Assembly (NCBI GenBank): GCA_028826165.1
Contig: JAPDFW010000063.1
Location: 1,379,719-1,443,718, forward strand
Length of the DNA stretch: 64,000 bases
From: Anaeramoeba ignava BMAN
Taxonomy: Eukaryota > Protista > Anaeramoebae
Direction: 5' to 3'
The position numbers and the translations under genes were made by a program. The notes beneath the pieces were generated by a model. That model was not told the DNA's origin. It ran no database searches and saw only the letters and a program-made list of their open reading frames with translations. Of the stretch, positions 1 to 11,339 are shown one piece after another. Position 1 is the first letter of the stretch. Each line of letters starts with the position of its first letter.

Positions 1-859
1 GCATAATTTGATTTTAACATCCAAAGGGAAATTGATTGGATTTGGAGATAATTATTCTGGTCAATTAGGAATTGGAGATAGTTATTTTGAATTAAGTCCT
101 ATTCAAATTGAACTTCCTAAATTAAGATTTAATGAAGATATTTCTAATTATCATGTTTATTGTGGATATAATAAATCATTTCTTTATTATTCTCCTCTTT
201 CTTTTTCCAATCTTGAAGAAGATTTGATAAAATTATTTAGAAGAAAAGAATTTTGTGATATTTCATTTAAAACAGAAAATGAAGAAATAATTGAAGCTCA
301 TAAATTAATATTGAAATATAGATTAAATCAAAATCAAAATCAAATTGAAAAACTTGAAGAAATTATTTCAAAAAAATCAATTAAAGAATCAAATCAAATA
401 TTTGAAATGATTTATTCAAATAATTCCAAAATAAATCCAATATTATATTCTGAAATTAAAGAAATTATAAATTCCAATGAAAAAATTGAAGAAACAATTA
501 AAAGAATTTATTTAAATGAAAATGAAAATGAAAATGAAAAAGATTTTATAATTGAAAGAAAAGAAAAACAATATAAATTTCCCAAATTAATATTAATAAT
601 GAGAAGTGAATTATATCGAGGAATGTTTTTATCTGTAACAGAAGATAAATCTAATAAAGTTACAGATTATAGTGAATTAAGTAATAAATCATTTCAAATA
701 TTTGAATATTGGATTTATTCAAATCAAATCAAAGAAGAAATTGAAATTACACAAGAAATTATTGATGAAATTCAAATTGGAATTGATTATTTTCAATTAA
801 ATCAAACAAATCCAAATTTATTTGATTTATTAATTAACAAATTTAATAATCAAAATTAA
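1..859 (+). CDS. RCC1-repeat + tandem BTB/POZ protein, array copy 1 (5' truncated by window)
   Basis: Last RCC1 blade (GFGDNYSGQLG) followed by BTB hallmarks CDISF...IEAHKLIL and a second BTB-like LIMRSELYRGMF...FEYWIY; near-identical to downstream copies. Confidence 0.85.
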   Translation, partial: HNLILTSKGKLIGFGDNYSGQLGIGDSYFELSPIQIELPKLRFNEDISNYHVYCGYNKSFLYYSPLSFSNLEEDLIKLFRRKEFCDISFKTENEEIIEAHKLILKYRLNQNQNQIEKLEEIISKKSIKESNQIFEMIYSNNSKINPILYSEIKEIINSNEKIEETIKRIYLNENENENEKDFIIERKEKQYKFPKLILIMRSELYRGMFLSVTEDKSNKVTDYSELSNKSFQIFEYWIYSNQIKEEIEITQEIIDEIQIGIDYFQLNQTNPNLFDLLINKFNNQN

Positions 860-1082
860 AATTATAATTAAAATTAAAATTAAAATTGTTTAATTTTTTA
901 AAAGAAATTATAATGAAATTAAAAGAGGAATTGATTATTTTCAATTAAATCAAACAAATCCAAATTTATTTGATTTATTAATTAACAAATTTAATAATCA
1001 AAATTAAAATTTTTTTCATTTTTTTTTTTCATTTTTTATCTTTTCCAAAAAAAATAAAAAAAATTAAAAAATAAAAAAGAAA

Positions 1083-2844
1083 ATGAATGAAATTATATTT
1101 TTTGGTAAAAATGAATTTCCAAAACTTATTAAAAATGAAAAAGAAATAATAACAAAACCAATTCAATTTAAATTTAAAAATGAAAATGAAAAACAAATTA
1201 AACAAATTTCATCAAGTTATTATTCAACAATTTTCCTTTTTGAAAATGGAAAAGCAATAGAATATTTAAATGAAAATGATTCAAAACCAAATCCTAAAAA
1301 AATCCAAATTAAAGAAAATATTCAAAAAGTAACTGTTGGTTATGAAAATGAAGCTATTTTAACAACAGAAGGAAATGTAATTGCCAAAGGATATAATATT
1401 AATTCAAATAATTCAAATGAAATTATCAACATTTCATTATTAATTGAAGATCCAAATGATAGAATAATTGAAGATATTATTTCTGGAGCTTATTCAATTT
1501 ACTTATTAACTTCAAATCAAAATGTTTATGGAATTGGTTCAAATCAAGATGATCAACTTGGATTTGATTCTGAAACACTTCCAGAAACACAAAAACCAAT
1601 TTTAATGATGAAAAATGTTTCTAAAATATTTTCAGGAAATTCTTCAAAATATGTTTTTCTTTTAAATTTAAATCAAGAATTATTTGGATTTGGTGATAAT
1701 AGAAATGGCCAACTTGGATTAGGAGAATCAATAAAAGAAATCAGAATCCCAAAATTAACCAAAATCAAAAATATTCCAAAAGGCGAAATAATTGATATTC
1801 AATGTGGATTTAATCATTCAATAATGTTGATTGAAAATGAAAACATAAAAAGAAAACTTTATTCATGTGGAAATTATAAATATAATGGACTTGGCAAAAA
1901 TAAAGGAAATACTTATGGATTTACTGAAATTAAATCATCTTTATTTGAAGATGATGATAATATTCTTGATTTTTCTGTTGGAACTGATCATACCTTGATT
2001 TTAACATCCAATTCAAAATTAATTGGATTTGGAAATAATTATTTTGGTGAATTAGGAACTGGAAATAGAAAAAATCAATTAATTCCAATTCAAATTGAAC
2101 TTCCTGAATTAAGATTTAATGAAAATATTTCCAATTATCATATTCTTTGTGGATATTACAAATCCTTTCTTTATTATTCTCCTCCTTCTTTTTCCAATCT
2201 TGAAGAAGATTTGATAAAATTATTTAGAAGAAAAGAATTTTGTAATATTTCATTTAAAACCAAAAATGAAGAAATAATTGAAGCTCATAAATTAATATTG
2301 AAATATAGATTAAATCAAAATCAAGAAAATGAAATTGAAAAACTTCAAGAAATTATTTCAAATAAATCAATTAAAGAATCAAATCAAATATTTGAAATGA
2401 TTTATTCAAATAATTCCAAAATAAATCCAAATATTATATTCTGAAATTAAAGAAATTATAAATTCAAATGAAAAAATTGAAGAAACAATTAAAAGAATTT
2501 ATTTAAATGAAAATGAAAATGAAAATGAAAAAGATTTTATAATTGAAAGAAAAGAAAAACAATATAAATTTCCTAAATTAATATTAATAATGAGAAGTGA
2601 ATTATATCGAGGAATGTTTTTATCTGTAACAGAAGATAAATCTAATAAAGTTACAGATTATAGTGAATTAAGTAATAAATCATTTCAAATATTTGAATAT
2701 TGGATTTATTCAAATCAAATTAAAGATGAAATTCAAATTACACAAGAAATAATTGAAGAATTAAAAACAGGAATTGATTATTTTCAATTAAATCAAACAA
2801 ATCCAAATTTATTTGATTTATTAATTAACAAATTTAATAATTAA
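1083..2844 (+). CDS. RCC1-BTB-BTB protein, copy 2 (one extra base near 2431 splits the ORF)
   Basis: ORFs 1083-2444 and 2590-2844 are colinear with intact copy 3; 'ccaaatattatatt' vs 'ccaatattatatt' in copy 1. Confidence 0.8.
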
Positions 2845-2980
2845 AATTAAAATTAAAAATCAGAAAGAAAATGAAAAGTTAAAAAAAATTTTTGATTATT
2901 TTTTCAAAATCCAAATTTATTATTTATTAATTAAAAATTTAAAAATCAAAAATAAAAAAAATTAAAAAATAAAAAAGAAA

Positions 2981-4777
2981 ATGAATGAAATTATATTTTT
3001 TGGTAAAAATGAATTTCCAAAACTTATTAAAAATGAACCATATAAAGTAACAAAACCAATTCAATTTAAATTTGAAAATGAAAATGAAAATGAAAATGAA
3101 AAACAAATTAAACAAATTTCATCAAGTTATTATTCAACAATTTTCCTTTTTGAAAATGGAAAAGCAATAGAATATTTAAAACAAAATGATTCAAAACAAA
3201 ATCCTAAAAAAATCCAAATTGAAGAAAATATTCAAAAAGTAACTGTTGGTTATGAAAATGAAGCTATTTTAACAAAAGAAGGAAATGTATTTGCCAAAGC
3301 AAAAAATATTAATCCAAATAATCCAAATGAATTTATCAATATTTCATCATTAATTAAAGATAAAAATGATAGAATAATTGAAGATATTATTTCTGGAGCT
3401 TATTCAATTTATTTATTAACTTCAAATCAAAATGTTTATGGAATTGGTTCAAATCATTATGGTCAACTTGGATTTGATTCTGAAACACTTCCAGAAACAC
3501 AAAAACCAATTTTAATGATGAAAAATGTTTCTAAAATATTTTCAGGAAATTCTTCAAATCATCTTTTTCTTTTAAATTTAAATCAAAAATTATTTGGATT
3601 TGGTGATAATAGAAATTGTCAACTTGGATTAGGAGAATCAATAAAAGAAACAAAAATCCCAAAATTAACCAAAATCCAAAATATCCCAAAAGGTAAAATA
3701 ATTGATATTCAATGTGGTTCTTGGCATTCAATAATGTTGATTGAAGATGAAATTGAAAATGAAAATGAAAATATAAAAAGAAAACTTTATTCATGTGGAT
3801 TTTATAGATTTAATGGACTTGGAATATTTCATAATGCTTATGGATTTACTGAAATTAAATCATATTTGTTTGAAGATGATGATAATATTCTTGATTTTTC
3901 TGTTGGAACTGATCATACCTTGATTTTAACTTCTAATTCAAAATTAATTGGTTTTGGAAATAATGCTTATGGTCAATTAGGAATTGGTGATGGTTATTTT
4001 GAATTAGATCCAATTCAAATTGAACTTCCTGAATTAAGATTTAATGAAGATATTTCTAATTATCATATTTCTTGTGGATATTACAAATCATTTCTTTATT
4101 ATTCTCCTCCTTCTTTTTCCAATCTTGAAGAAGATTTGATAAAATTATTTAGAAGAAAAGAATTTTGTGATATTTCATTTAAAACAGAAAATGAAGAAAT
4201 AATCAAAGCTCATAAATTAATATTGAAATATAGATTAAATCAAGATAAAAATGAAATTGAAAAACTTCAAGAAATTATTTCAAAAAAATCAATTAAAGAA
4301 TCAAATCAAATATTTGAAATGATTTATTCAAACAATTCCAAAATAAATCCAAAATTATATTCTGAAATTAAAGAAATTATAAATTCCAATGAAAAAATTG
4401 AAGAAACAATGAAAAGAATTTATTTAAATGAAAATGAAAATGAAAATGAAAATGAAAAAGATTTTATAATTGAAAGAAAAGAAAAACAATATAAATTTCC
4501 AAAATTAATATTAATAATGAGAAGTGAATTATATCGAGGAATGTTTTTATCTGTAACAGAAGATAAATCTAATAAAGTTACAGATTATAGTGAATTAAGT
4601 AATAAATCATTTCAAATATTTGAATATTGGATTTATTCAAATCAAATCAAAGATGGGATTCAAATTACACAAGAAATTATTGATGAAATTCAAATTGGAA
4701 TTGATTATTTTCAATTAAATCAAACAAATCCAAATTTATTTGATTTATTAATAAATAAATTTAATAATCAAAATTAA
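2981..4777 (+). CDS. RCC1-BTB-BTB protein, copy 3 (intact, 598 aa)
   Basis: RCC1 blade motifs GSNHYGQLG, QCGSWHSIML, VGTDHTLIL, GNNAYGQLG; C-terminal tandem BTB. Confidence 0.9.
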   Translation: MNEIIFFGKNEFPKLIKNEPYKVTKPIQFKFENENENENEKQIKQISSSYYSTIFLFENGKAIEYLKQNDSKQNPKKIQIEENIQKVTVGYENEAILTKEGNVFAKAKNINPNNPNEFINISSLIKDKNDRIIEDIISGAYSIYLLTSNQNVYGIGSNHYGQLGFDSETLPETQKPILMMKNVSKIFSGNSSNHLFLLNLNQKLFGFGDNRNCQLGLGESIKETKIPKLTKIQNIPKGKIIDIQCGSWHSIMLIEDEIENENENIKRKLYSCGFYRFNGLGIFHNAYGFTEIKSYLFEDDDNILDFSVGTDHTLILTSNSKLIGFGNNAYGQLGIGDGYFELDPIQIELPELRFNEDISNYHISCGYYKSFLYYSPPSFSNLEEDLIKLFRRKEFCDISFKTENEEIIKAHKLILKYRLNQDKNEIEKLQEIISKKSIKESNQIFEMIYSNNSKINPKLYSEIKEIINSNEKIEETMKRIYLNENENENENEKDFIIERKEKQYKFPKLILIMRSELYRGMFLSVTEDKSNKVTDYSELSNKSFQIFEYWIYSNQIKDGIQITQEIIDEIQIGIDYFQLNQTNPNLFDLLINKFNNQN

Positions 4778-4940
4778 AATTAAAATTAAAATCAAAATCA
4801 GAAAGAAAATGAAAAATGTTTAATTTTTTAAAAGAAATAATTAATGAAATTAAAATCAAAATTAAAATCAAAAATTTAAATTTAAAATTATTAAAATTCA
4901 AAAAATCCAAAATTATTTTTTCATTTTTTTCTTTTCAAAA

Positions 4941-6732
4941 ATGAATGATTGTTTATTTTTTGGAAGAAATAAAGAGCCAAAACTTATTAAAAATGAACCA
5001 GATAAAATAAAAAAACCAATTCAATTTAAATTTGAAAATGAAAATGAAAATGAAAATGAAAATGAAAATGAAAATGAAAAACAAATTAAACAAATTTCAT
5101 CAAGTTATTATTCAACAATTTTCCTTTTTAAAAATGGAAAAGCAATAGAATATTTAAATGATTCAAAACAAAATCCTCAAAAAATCCAAATTGAAAATAT
5201 TCAAAAAGTAACTGTTGGTTGGGGAAATGAAGCTATTTTAACAACAGAAGGAAATGTATTTGCAAAAGGAGAAAATATTAATTCACAAGATCCAAATGAA
5301 TTTATCAATATTTCATCATTAATTGAAGATACAAATGATAGAATAATTGAAGATATTATTTCTGGATCTGGTTCAATTTATTTATTAACTTCAAATCAAA
5401 ATGTTTATGGAATTGGTTTAAATCAATTTGGTCAACTTGGATTTGATTCTGAAACACTTCCAGAAACACAAAAACCAATTTTAATGATGAAAAATGTTTC
5501 TAAAATATTTTCAGGAAACGATTCAAATTCTGTTTTTCTTTTAAATTCAAACCAAGAATTATTTGTATGCGGATACAATTTTTATGGCCAACTTGGATTA
5601 GGAGAATCAATAAAAGAAACAAAAATCGATAAATTAACCAAAATTCAAAATATTCCAAAAGGTAAAATAATTGATATTCAATCCAGTGATTCGATTTCAG
5701 TAATGTTGATTGAAGATGAAAATCAAAATGAAAATCCAAAAAGAAAACTTTATTCAAATGGCTATTATGGATATAGTGGAATAAAAAGTAGTCACTATAT
5801 AAGAGAATTTACTGAAATCAAATCATCTTTATTTGAAAGATGATGATAATATTCTTGATTTTTCTGTTGGAAGAAATCATACTTTGATTTTAACATCCAA
5901 TTCAAAATTAATTGGTTTTGGAGATTATGATTTTGGTCAATTAGGAACTGTAATCACAGAAATTCAAAGAATTCCAATTCAAATTGAACTTCCTGAATTA
6001 AGATTTAATGAATATATTTCCAATTATCATATTTCTTGTGGAACTTTCAATTCATTTCTTTATTATTCTCCTTCTTTATCCAATCTTGAAGAAGATTTGA
6101 TAAAATTATTTGAAAGAAAAGAATTTTGTGATATTTCATTTAAAATAGAAAATGGTTCAATAATTGAAGCTCATGAATTAATATTGAAATATAGATTAAA
6201 TCAAAATCAAAATGAAATTGAAAAACTTCAAGAAATTATTTCAAAAAAATCAATTAAAGAATCAAATCAAATATTTGAAATGATTTATTCAAATAATTCC
6301 AAAATAAATCCAATATTATATTGTGAAATTAAAGAAATTATAAATTCAAATGAAAAAATTGAAGAAACAATGAAAAGAATTTATTTAAATGAAAATGAAA
6401 ATGAAAATGAAAAAGATTTTATAATTGAAAGAAAAGAAAAAAAATATAAATTTCCTAAATTAATATTAATAATGAGAAGTGAATTATATCGAGGAATGTT
6501 TTTATCTGTAACAAATGATAAATCTAATAAAGTTACAGATTATAGTGAATTAAGTAATAAATCATTTCAAATATTTGAATATTGGATTTATTCAAATCAA
6601 ATTAAAGATGAAATTCAAATTACACAAGAAATAATTAATGAAATTAAAATTGGAATTGATTATTTTCAATTAAATCAAACATATCCAAATTTATTCGATT
6701 TATTAATTAATAAATTTAATAATCAAAATTAA
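4941..6732 (+). CDS. RCC1-BTB-BTB protein, copy 4 (extra A near 5836)
   Basis: ORFs 4941-5843 and 5833-6732 join; 'tttgaaagatgat' vs 'tttgaagatgat' in paralogs. Confidence 0.8.
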
Positions 6733-6950
6733 AATCAAAATCAAAATCAAAATCAAAATTAAAATTAAAATTAAAATCAAAATCAGAAAGAAAATGAAAA
6801 TGAAAAATGTTTAATTTTTTAAAAGAAATAATTAATTAAGTTAAAATTAAAAATTAAATCAAAATCAAAATTAAAATTAAAATCAAAATTAATATTAAAA
6901 TTAAAATTCAAAAAATCCAAAATTATTTTTTCATTTTTTTCTTTTCAAAA

Positions 6951-8834
6951 ATGAATGATTGTTTATTTTTTGGTATAAATGAATTTCCAAAACTTATTAA
7001 AAATGAACCAGATAAAATAAAAAAACCAATTCAATTTAAATTTGAAAATGAAAATGAAAATGAAAATGAAAATGAAAAACAAATTAAACAAATTTCATTA
7101 AGTTATTATTCAACAATTTTCCTTTTTAAAAATGGAAAAGCAATAGAATTTTTTACAGATCAAGAATATTCAAATCAAAATCCTAAAGAAATCCAAATTA
7201 AAGAAAATATTCAAAAAGTAACTGTTAGTGTTCAAAATGAAGCTATTTTAACAAAAGAAGGAAATGTATTTGCCAAAGGAAGAGATATTAATTCAAATAA
7301 TTCAAATCAATTTATCAATATTTCATCATTAATTGAAGATATAAATGATAGAGTAATCGAAGATATTGTTTCTGGAGATAATTCAATTTACTTATTAACT
7401 TCAAATCAAAATGTTTATGAAATTGGTTCAAATCAATATGGTCAACTTGGATTTGATTCTGAAACACTTGAAAAAACAGAAAAACCAATTTTAATGATGA
7501 AAAATGTTTCTAAAATATTTTCAGGAAATTTTTCAAATCATGTTTTTCTTTTAAATTCAAATCAAGAATTATTTGGATGTGGTGATAATAGAAATGGCCA
7601 ACTTGGATTAGGAGAATCAATAAAAGAAACAAAAATCTATAAATTAACCAAAATCCAAAATATTCCAAAAGGTAAAATAATTGATATTCAATGTGCTTCT
7701 TGGCATTCAATAATGTTGATTGAAGATGAAAATGAAAATGAAAATCTAAAAAGAAAGCTTTATTCATGTGGATTTTATAGATTTAATGGACTTGGAATAT
7801 TTCATAATGCTTATGAATTTACTGAAATCAAATCATCTTTATTTGAAGATGATGATAATATTCTTGATTTTTCTGTTGGAAGAAATCATAATTTGATTTT
7901 AACTTCAAATTCAAAATTAATTGGATTTGGAGATAATGCTTATGGTGAATTAGGAATTGAAGATGGTTATTTTGAATTAAGTCCTATTCAAATTGAACTT
8001 CCTAAATTAAGATTTAATGAAAATATTTCTAATTATCATATTTCTTGTGGATTTCGAAAATCCTTTCTTTATTATTCTCCTTCTTCTTTTTCCAATCTTG
8101 AAGAAGATTTGATAAAACTATTTAGAAGAAAAGAATTTTGTGATATTTCATTTAAAACCGAAAATGGAGAAATAATTGAAGCTCATAAATTAATATTGAA
8201 ATATAGATTAAATCAAAATGAAAATCAAATTGAAAAACTTCAAGAAATTATTTCAAAAAAATCAATTAAAGAATCAAATCAAATATTTGAAATGATTTAT
8301 TCAAATAATTCCAAAATAAATCTAAAATTATATTCTGAAATTAAAGAAATTATAAATTCCAATGAAAAAATTGAAGAAACAATTAAAAGAATTTATTTAA
8401 ATGAAAATGAAAATGAAAATGAAAAAGATTTTATAATTGAAAGAGAAGAAAAACAATATAAATTTCCAAAATTAATATTAATAATGAGAAGTGAATTATA
8501 TCGAGGAATGTTTTTATCTGTAACTGAAGATAAATCTAATAAAGTTACAGATTATAGTGAATTAAGTAATAAATCATTTCAAATATTTGAATATTGGATT
8601 TATTCAAATCAAATTAAAGATGAAATTCAAATTACAAAAGATATAATTAATGAAATTCAAATTGGAATTGATTATTTTCAATTAAATCAAACAAATCCAA
8701 ATTTATTTGATTTATTAATAAATAAATTTAATAATCAAAATTCAAAATTAAAATTAAAATTAAAATTAAAATTGTTTAATTTTTTAAAAGAAATTATAAT
8801 GAAATTAAAAGAGGAATTGATTATTTTCAATTAA
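6951..8834 (+). CDS. RCC1-BTB-BTB protein, copy 5 (C-terminal LKLKL extension caused by a 1-nt insertion near 8741)
   Basis: Full-length ORF colinear with copy 3; usual end KFNNQN followed by a shifted hexamer repeat. Confidence 0.88.
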   Translation: MNDCLFFGINEFPKLIKNEPDKIKKPIQFKFENENENENENEKQIKQISLSYYSTIFLFKNGKAIEFFTDQEYSNQNPKEIQIKENIQKVTVSVQNEAILTKEGNVFAKGRDINSNNSNQFINISSLIEDINDRVIEDIVSGDNSIYLLTSNQNVYEIGSNQYGQLGFDSETLEKTEKPILMMKNVSKIFSGNFSNHVFLLNSNQELFGCGDNRNGQLGLGESIKETKIYKLTKIQNIPKGKIIDIQCASWHSIMLIEDENENENLKRKLYSCGFYRFNGLGIFHNAYEFTEIKSSLFEDDDNILDFSVGRNHNLILTSNSKLIGFGDNAYGELGIEDGYFELSPIQIELPKLRFNENISNYHISCGFRKSFLYYSPSSFSNLEEDLIKLFRRKEFCDISFKTENGEIIEAHKLILKYRLNQNENQIEKLQEIISKKSIKESNQIFEMIYSNNSKINLKLYSEIKEIINSNEKIEETIKRIYLNENENENEKDFIIEREEKQYKFPKLILIMRSELYRGMFLSVTEDKSNKVTDYSELSNKSFQIFEYWIYSNQIKDEIQITKDIINEIQIGIDYFQLNQTNPNLFDLLINKFNNQNSKLKLKLKLKLFNFLKEIIMKLKEELIIFN

Positions 8835-8964
8835 ATCAAACAAATCCAAATTTATTTGATTTATTAATTAACAAATTTAATAATCAAAATTAAAATTTTT
8901 TTTCATTTTTTTTTCATTTTTTATCTTTTTCAAAAAAAATAAAAATTAAAAAATAAAAAAGAAA

Positions 8965-10740
8965 ATGAATGAAATTTTATTTTTTGGTAAAAATGCAAAA
9001 CCAAAACTTATCAAAAATGAACCAAATTCAATAACAAAACCAATTCAATTTAAATTTGAAAATGAAAATGAAATTAAACAAATTTCAACAGGAATTTTTT
9101 CAACGATTTTCCTTTTTAAAAATGGAAAAGCAATGGAATATTTAAGGTATTCAAAACCAAATCCTAAAAAAATTCAAATTGAAAATATTCAAAAAGTAAC
9201 TGTTGGTTGGGGAAATGAAGCTATTTTAACAAAAGAAAGAAATGTATTTGCCAAAAGGATGGAATATTAATCCAGATAATTCAAATGAAATTATCAATAT
9301 TTCATCATTAATTGAAGATCCAAATGATAGAGTAATTGAAGATATTGTTTCTGGAGATAATTCAATTTATTTATTAACTTCAAATCAAAATGCTTATGGA
9401 ATTGGTTCAAATCATTATGGTCAACTTGGATTTGATTCTGAAACACTTCCAAAAACAGAAAACCAATTTTAATGATGAAAAATGTTTCTAAAATATTTTC
9501 AGGAATTTGTTCTAATTGTGTTTTTCTTTTAAATTCAAATCAAAAATTATTTGGATGCGGATATAATGAATATGGTCAACTTGGATTAGGAGAATCAATA
9601 ACAGAGATAAAAATCGAAAAATTAACCAAAATCCAAAATATTCCAAAAGGTAAAATAATTGATATTCAATGTGGAAATAACCATTCAATAATATTTATTG
9701 AAGATGAAGATGAAATTGAAATTGAAATTGAAAATCCAAAAAGAAGACTTTATTCATGTGGGAACCATATTTATAATGGACTTGGGAAGTTTGAGGATGT
9801 AAGTAAATTTATTGAAATCAAATCACCTTTATTTGAAAATGATAATTATATTCTTGAAATTTTTGTTGGAAGTTCGCATACTTTGATTTTAACTTCTAAT
9901 TCAAAATTAATCGTATTTGGAGATAATTCTTGGGGTCAATTAGGAATTGGAGATACAAAATATCAATTAATTCCAATTCAAATTGAACTTCCTAAATTAA
10001 GATTTAATGAAAATATTTCTAATTATCATGTTTCTTGTGGATATGACAAATCATTTCTTTATTATTCTCCTTCTTATTTTTCCAATCTTGAAGAAGATTT
10101 GATAAAATTATTTAGAAGAAAAGAATTTTGTGATATTTCATTTAAAACCAAAAATGGTTCAATAATTGAAGCTCATAAATTAATATTGAAATATAGATTA
10201 AATCAAAATCAAAATGAAAATCAAATTGAAAAACTTAAACAAATTATTTCAAAAAAATCAATTAAAGAATCAAATCAAATATTTGAAATGATTTATTCAA
10301 ATAATTCTGAAATAAATCCAAAATTATATTCTGAAATTAAAGAAATTATAAATTCAAATGAAAAAATTGAAGAAACAATGAAAAGAATTTATTTAAATGA
10401 AAATGAAAATGAAAATGAAAAAGATTTTATAATTGAAAGAAAAGAAAAACAATATAAATTTCCAAAATTAATATTAATAATGAGAAGTGAATTATATCGA
10501 GGAATGTTTTTATCTGTAACAGAAGATAAATCTAATAAAGTTACAGATTATAGTGAATTAAGTAATAAATCATTTCAAATATTTGAATATTGGATTTATT
10601 CAAATCAAATTAAAGATGAAATTCAAATTACACAAGAAATAATTGATGAAATTAAAATTGGAATTGATTATTTTCAATTAAATCAAACAAATCCAAATTT
10701 ATTTGATTTATTAATAAATAAATTTAATAATCAAAATTAA
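8965..10740 (+). CDS. RCC1-BTB-BTB protein, copy 6 (+1 A near 9255, -1 A near 9460)
   Basis: Three consecutive ORFs (8965, 9242, 9472) colinear with paralogs; both shifts lie in A-runs and compensate. Confidence 0.8.
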
Positions 10741-11280
10741 AATTATAATTATAATTAAAATCAAAATTAAAATTAAAATTAAAATTAAAATTAAAATCAA
10801 AAATAAAATTATAATTATAATTAAAATTAAAATTAAAATTATAATCAAAATTAAAATCAAAATTAAAATCAAAATTAAAATTAAAATTAAAATTAAAATT
10901 AAAATTAAAATCAAAATTAAAATCAAAATTAAAATCAAAATTAAAATTAAAATTAAAATTAAAATTAAAATCAAAAATTAAAATTAAAATCAAAATTAAA
11001 ATCAAAATTAAAATTAAAATTAAAATCAAAATCAAAATCAAAATTAAAATCAAAATCAAAATCAAAATTAAAATCAAAATTAAAATTAAAATTAAAATCA
11101 AAATTAAAATTAAAATCAAAATCAAAATCAAAATCAAAATTTAAAATTAAAATTAAAATCAAAATTAAAATTAAAATCAAAATCAAAATCAAAATCAAAA
11201 TTAAAATTAAAATTAAAAATAAAATTAAAATTAAAATTAAAATTAAAATTAAAATTAAAATTAAAATCAAAATCAAAATT
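10738..11280. repeat. (AAAATT/AAAATC)n hexamer microsatellite, intergenic
   Basis: Direct reading; produces the spurious ILIL/FNFD ORFs. Confidence 0.95.
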
Positions 11281-11339
11281 TTTTTTCATTTTTTTTTCAT
11301 TTTTATCTTTTTCAAAAAAATAAAAAAAGAAAAAAGAAA

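Noticed and set aside
857-6822. Alternative genetic code (TAA=Gln), suggested by TAA aligning with CAA in array tails
   Set aside because: Conserved genes end at TAA right after expected termini (Rab KCC*, GCC*, CSIF*, H3), and conserved domains contain no in-frame TAA/TAG
1083-10740. Labelling array copies 2, 4 and 6 as pseudogenes
   Set aside because: Only 1-nt indels in or next to A-runs, no internal nonsense codons, and the same error type occurs in essential genes
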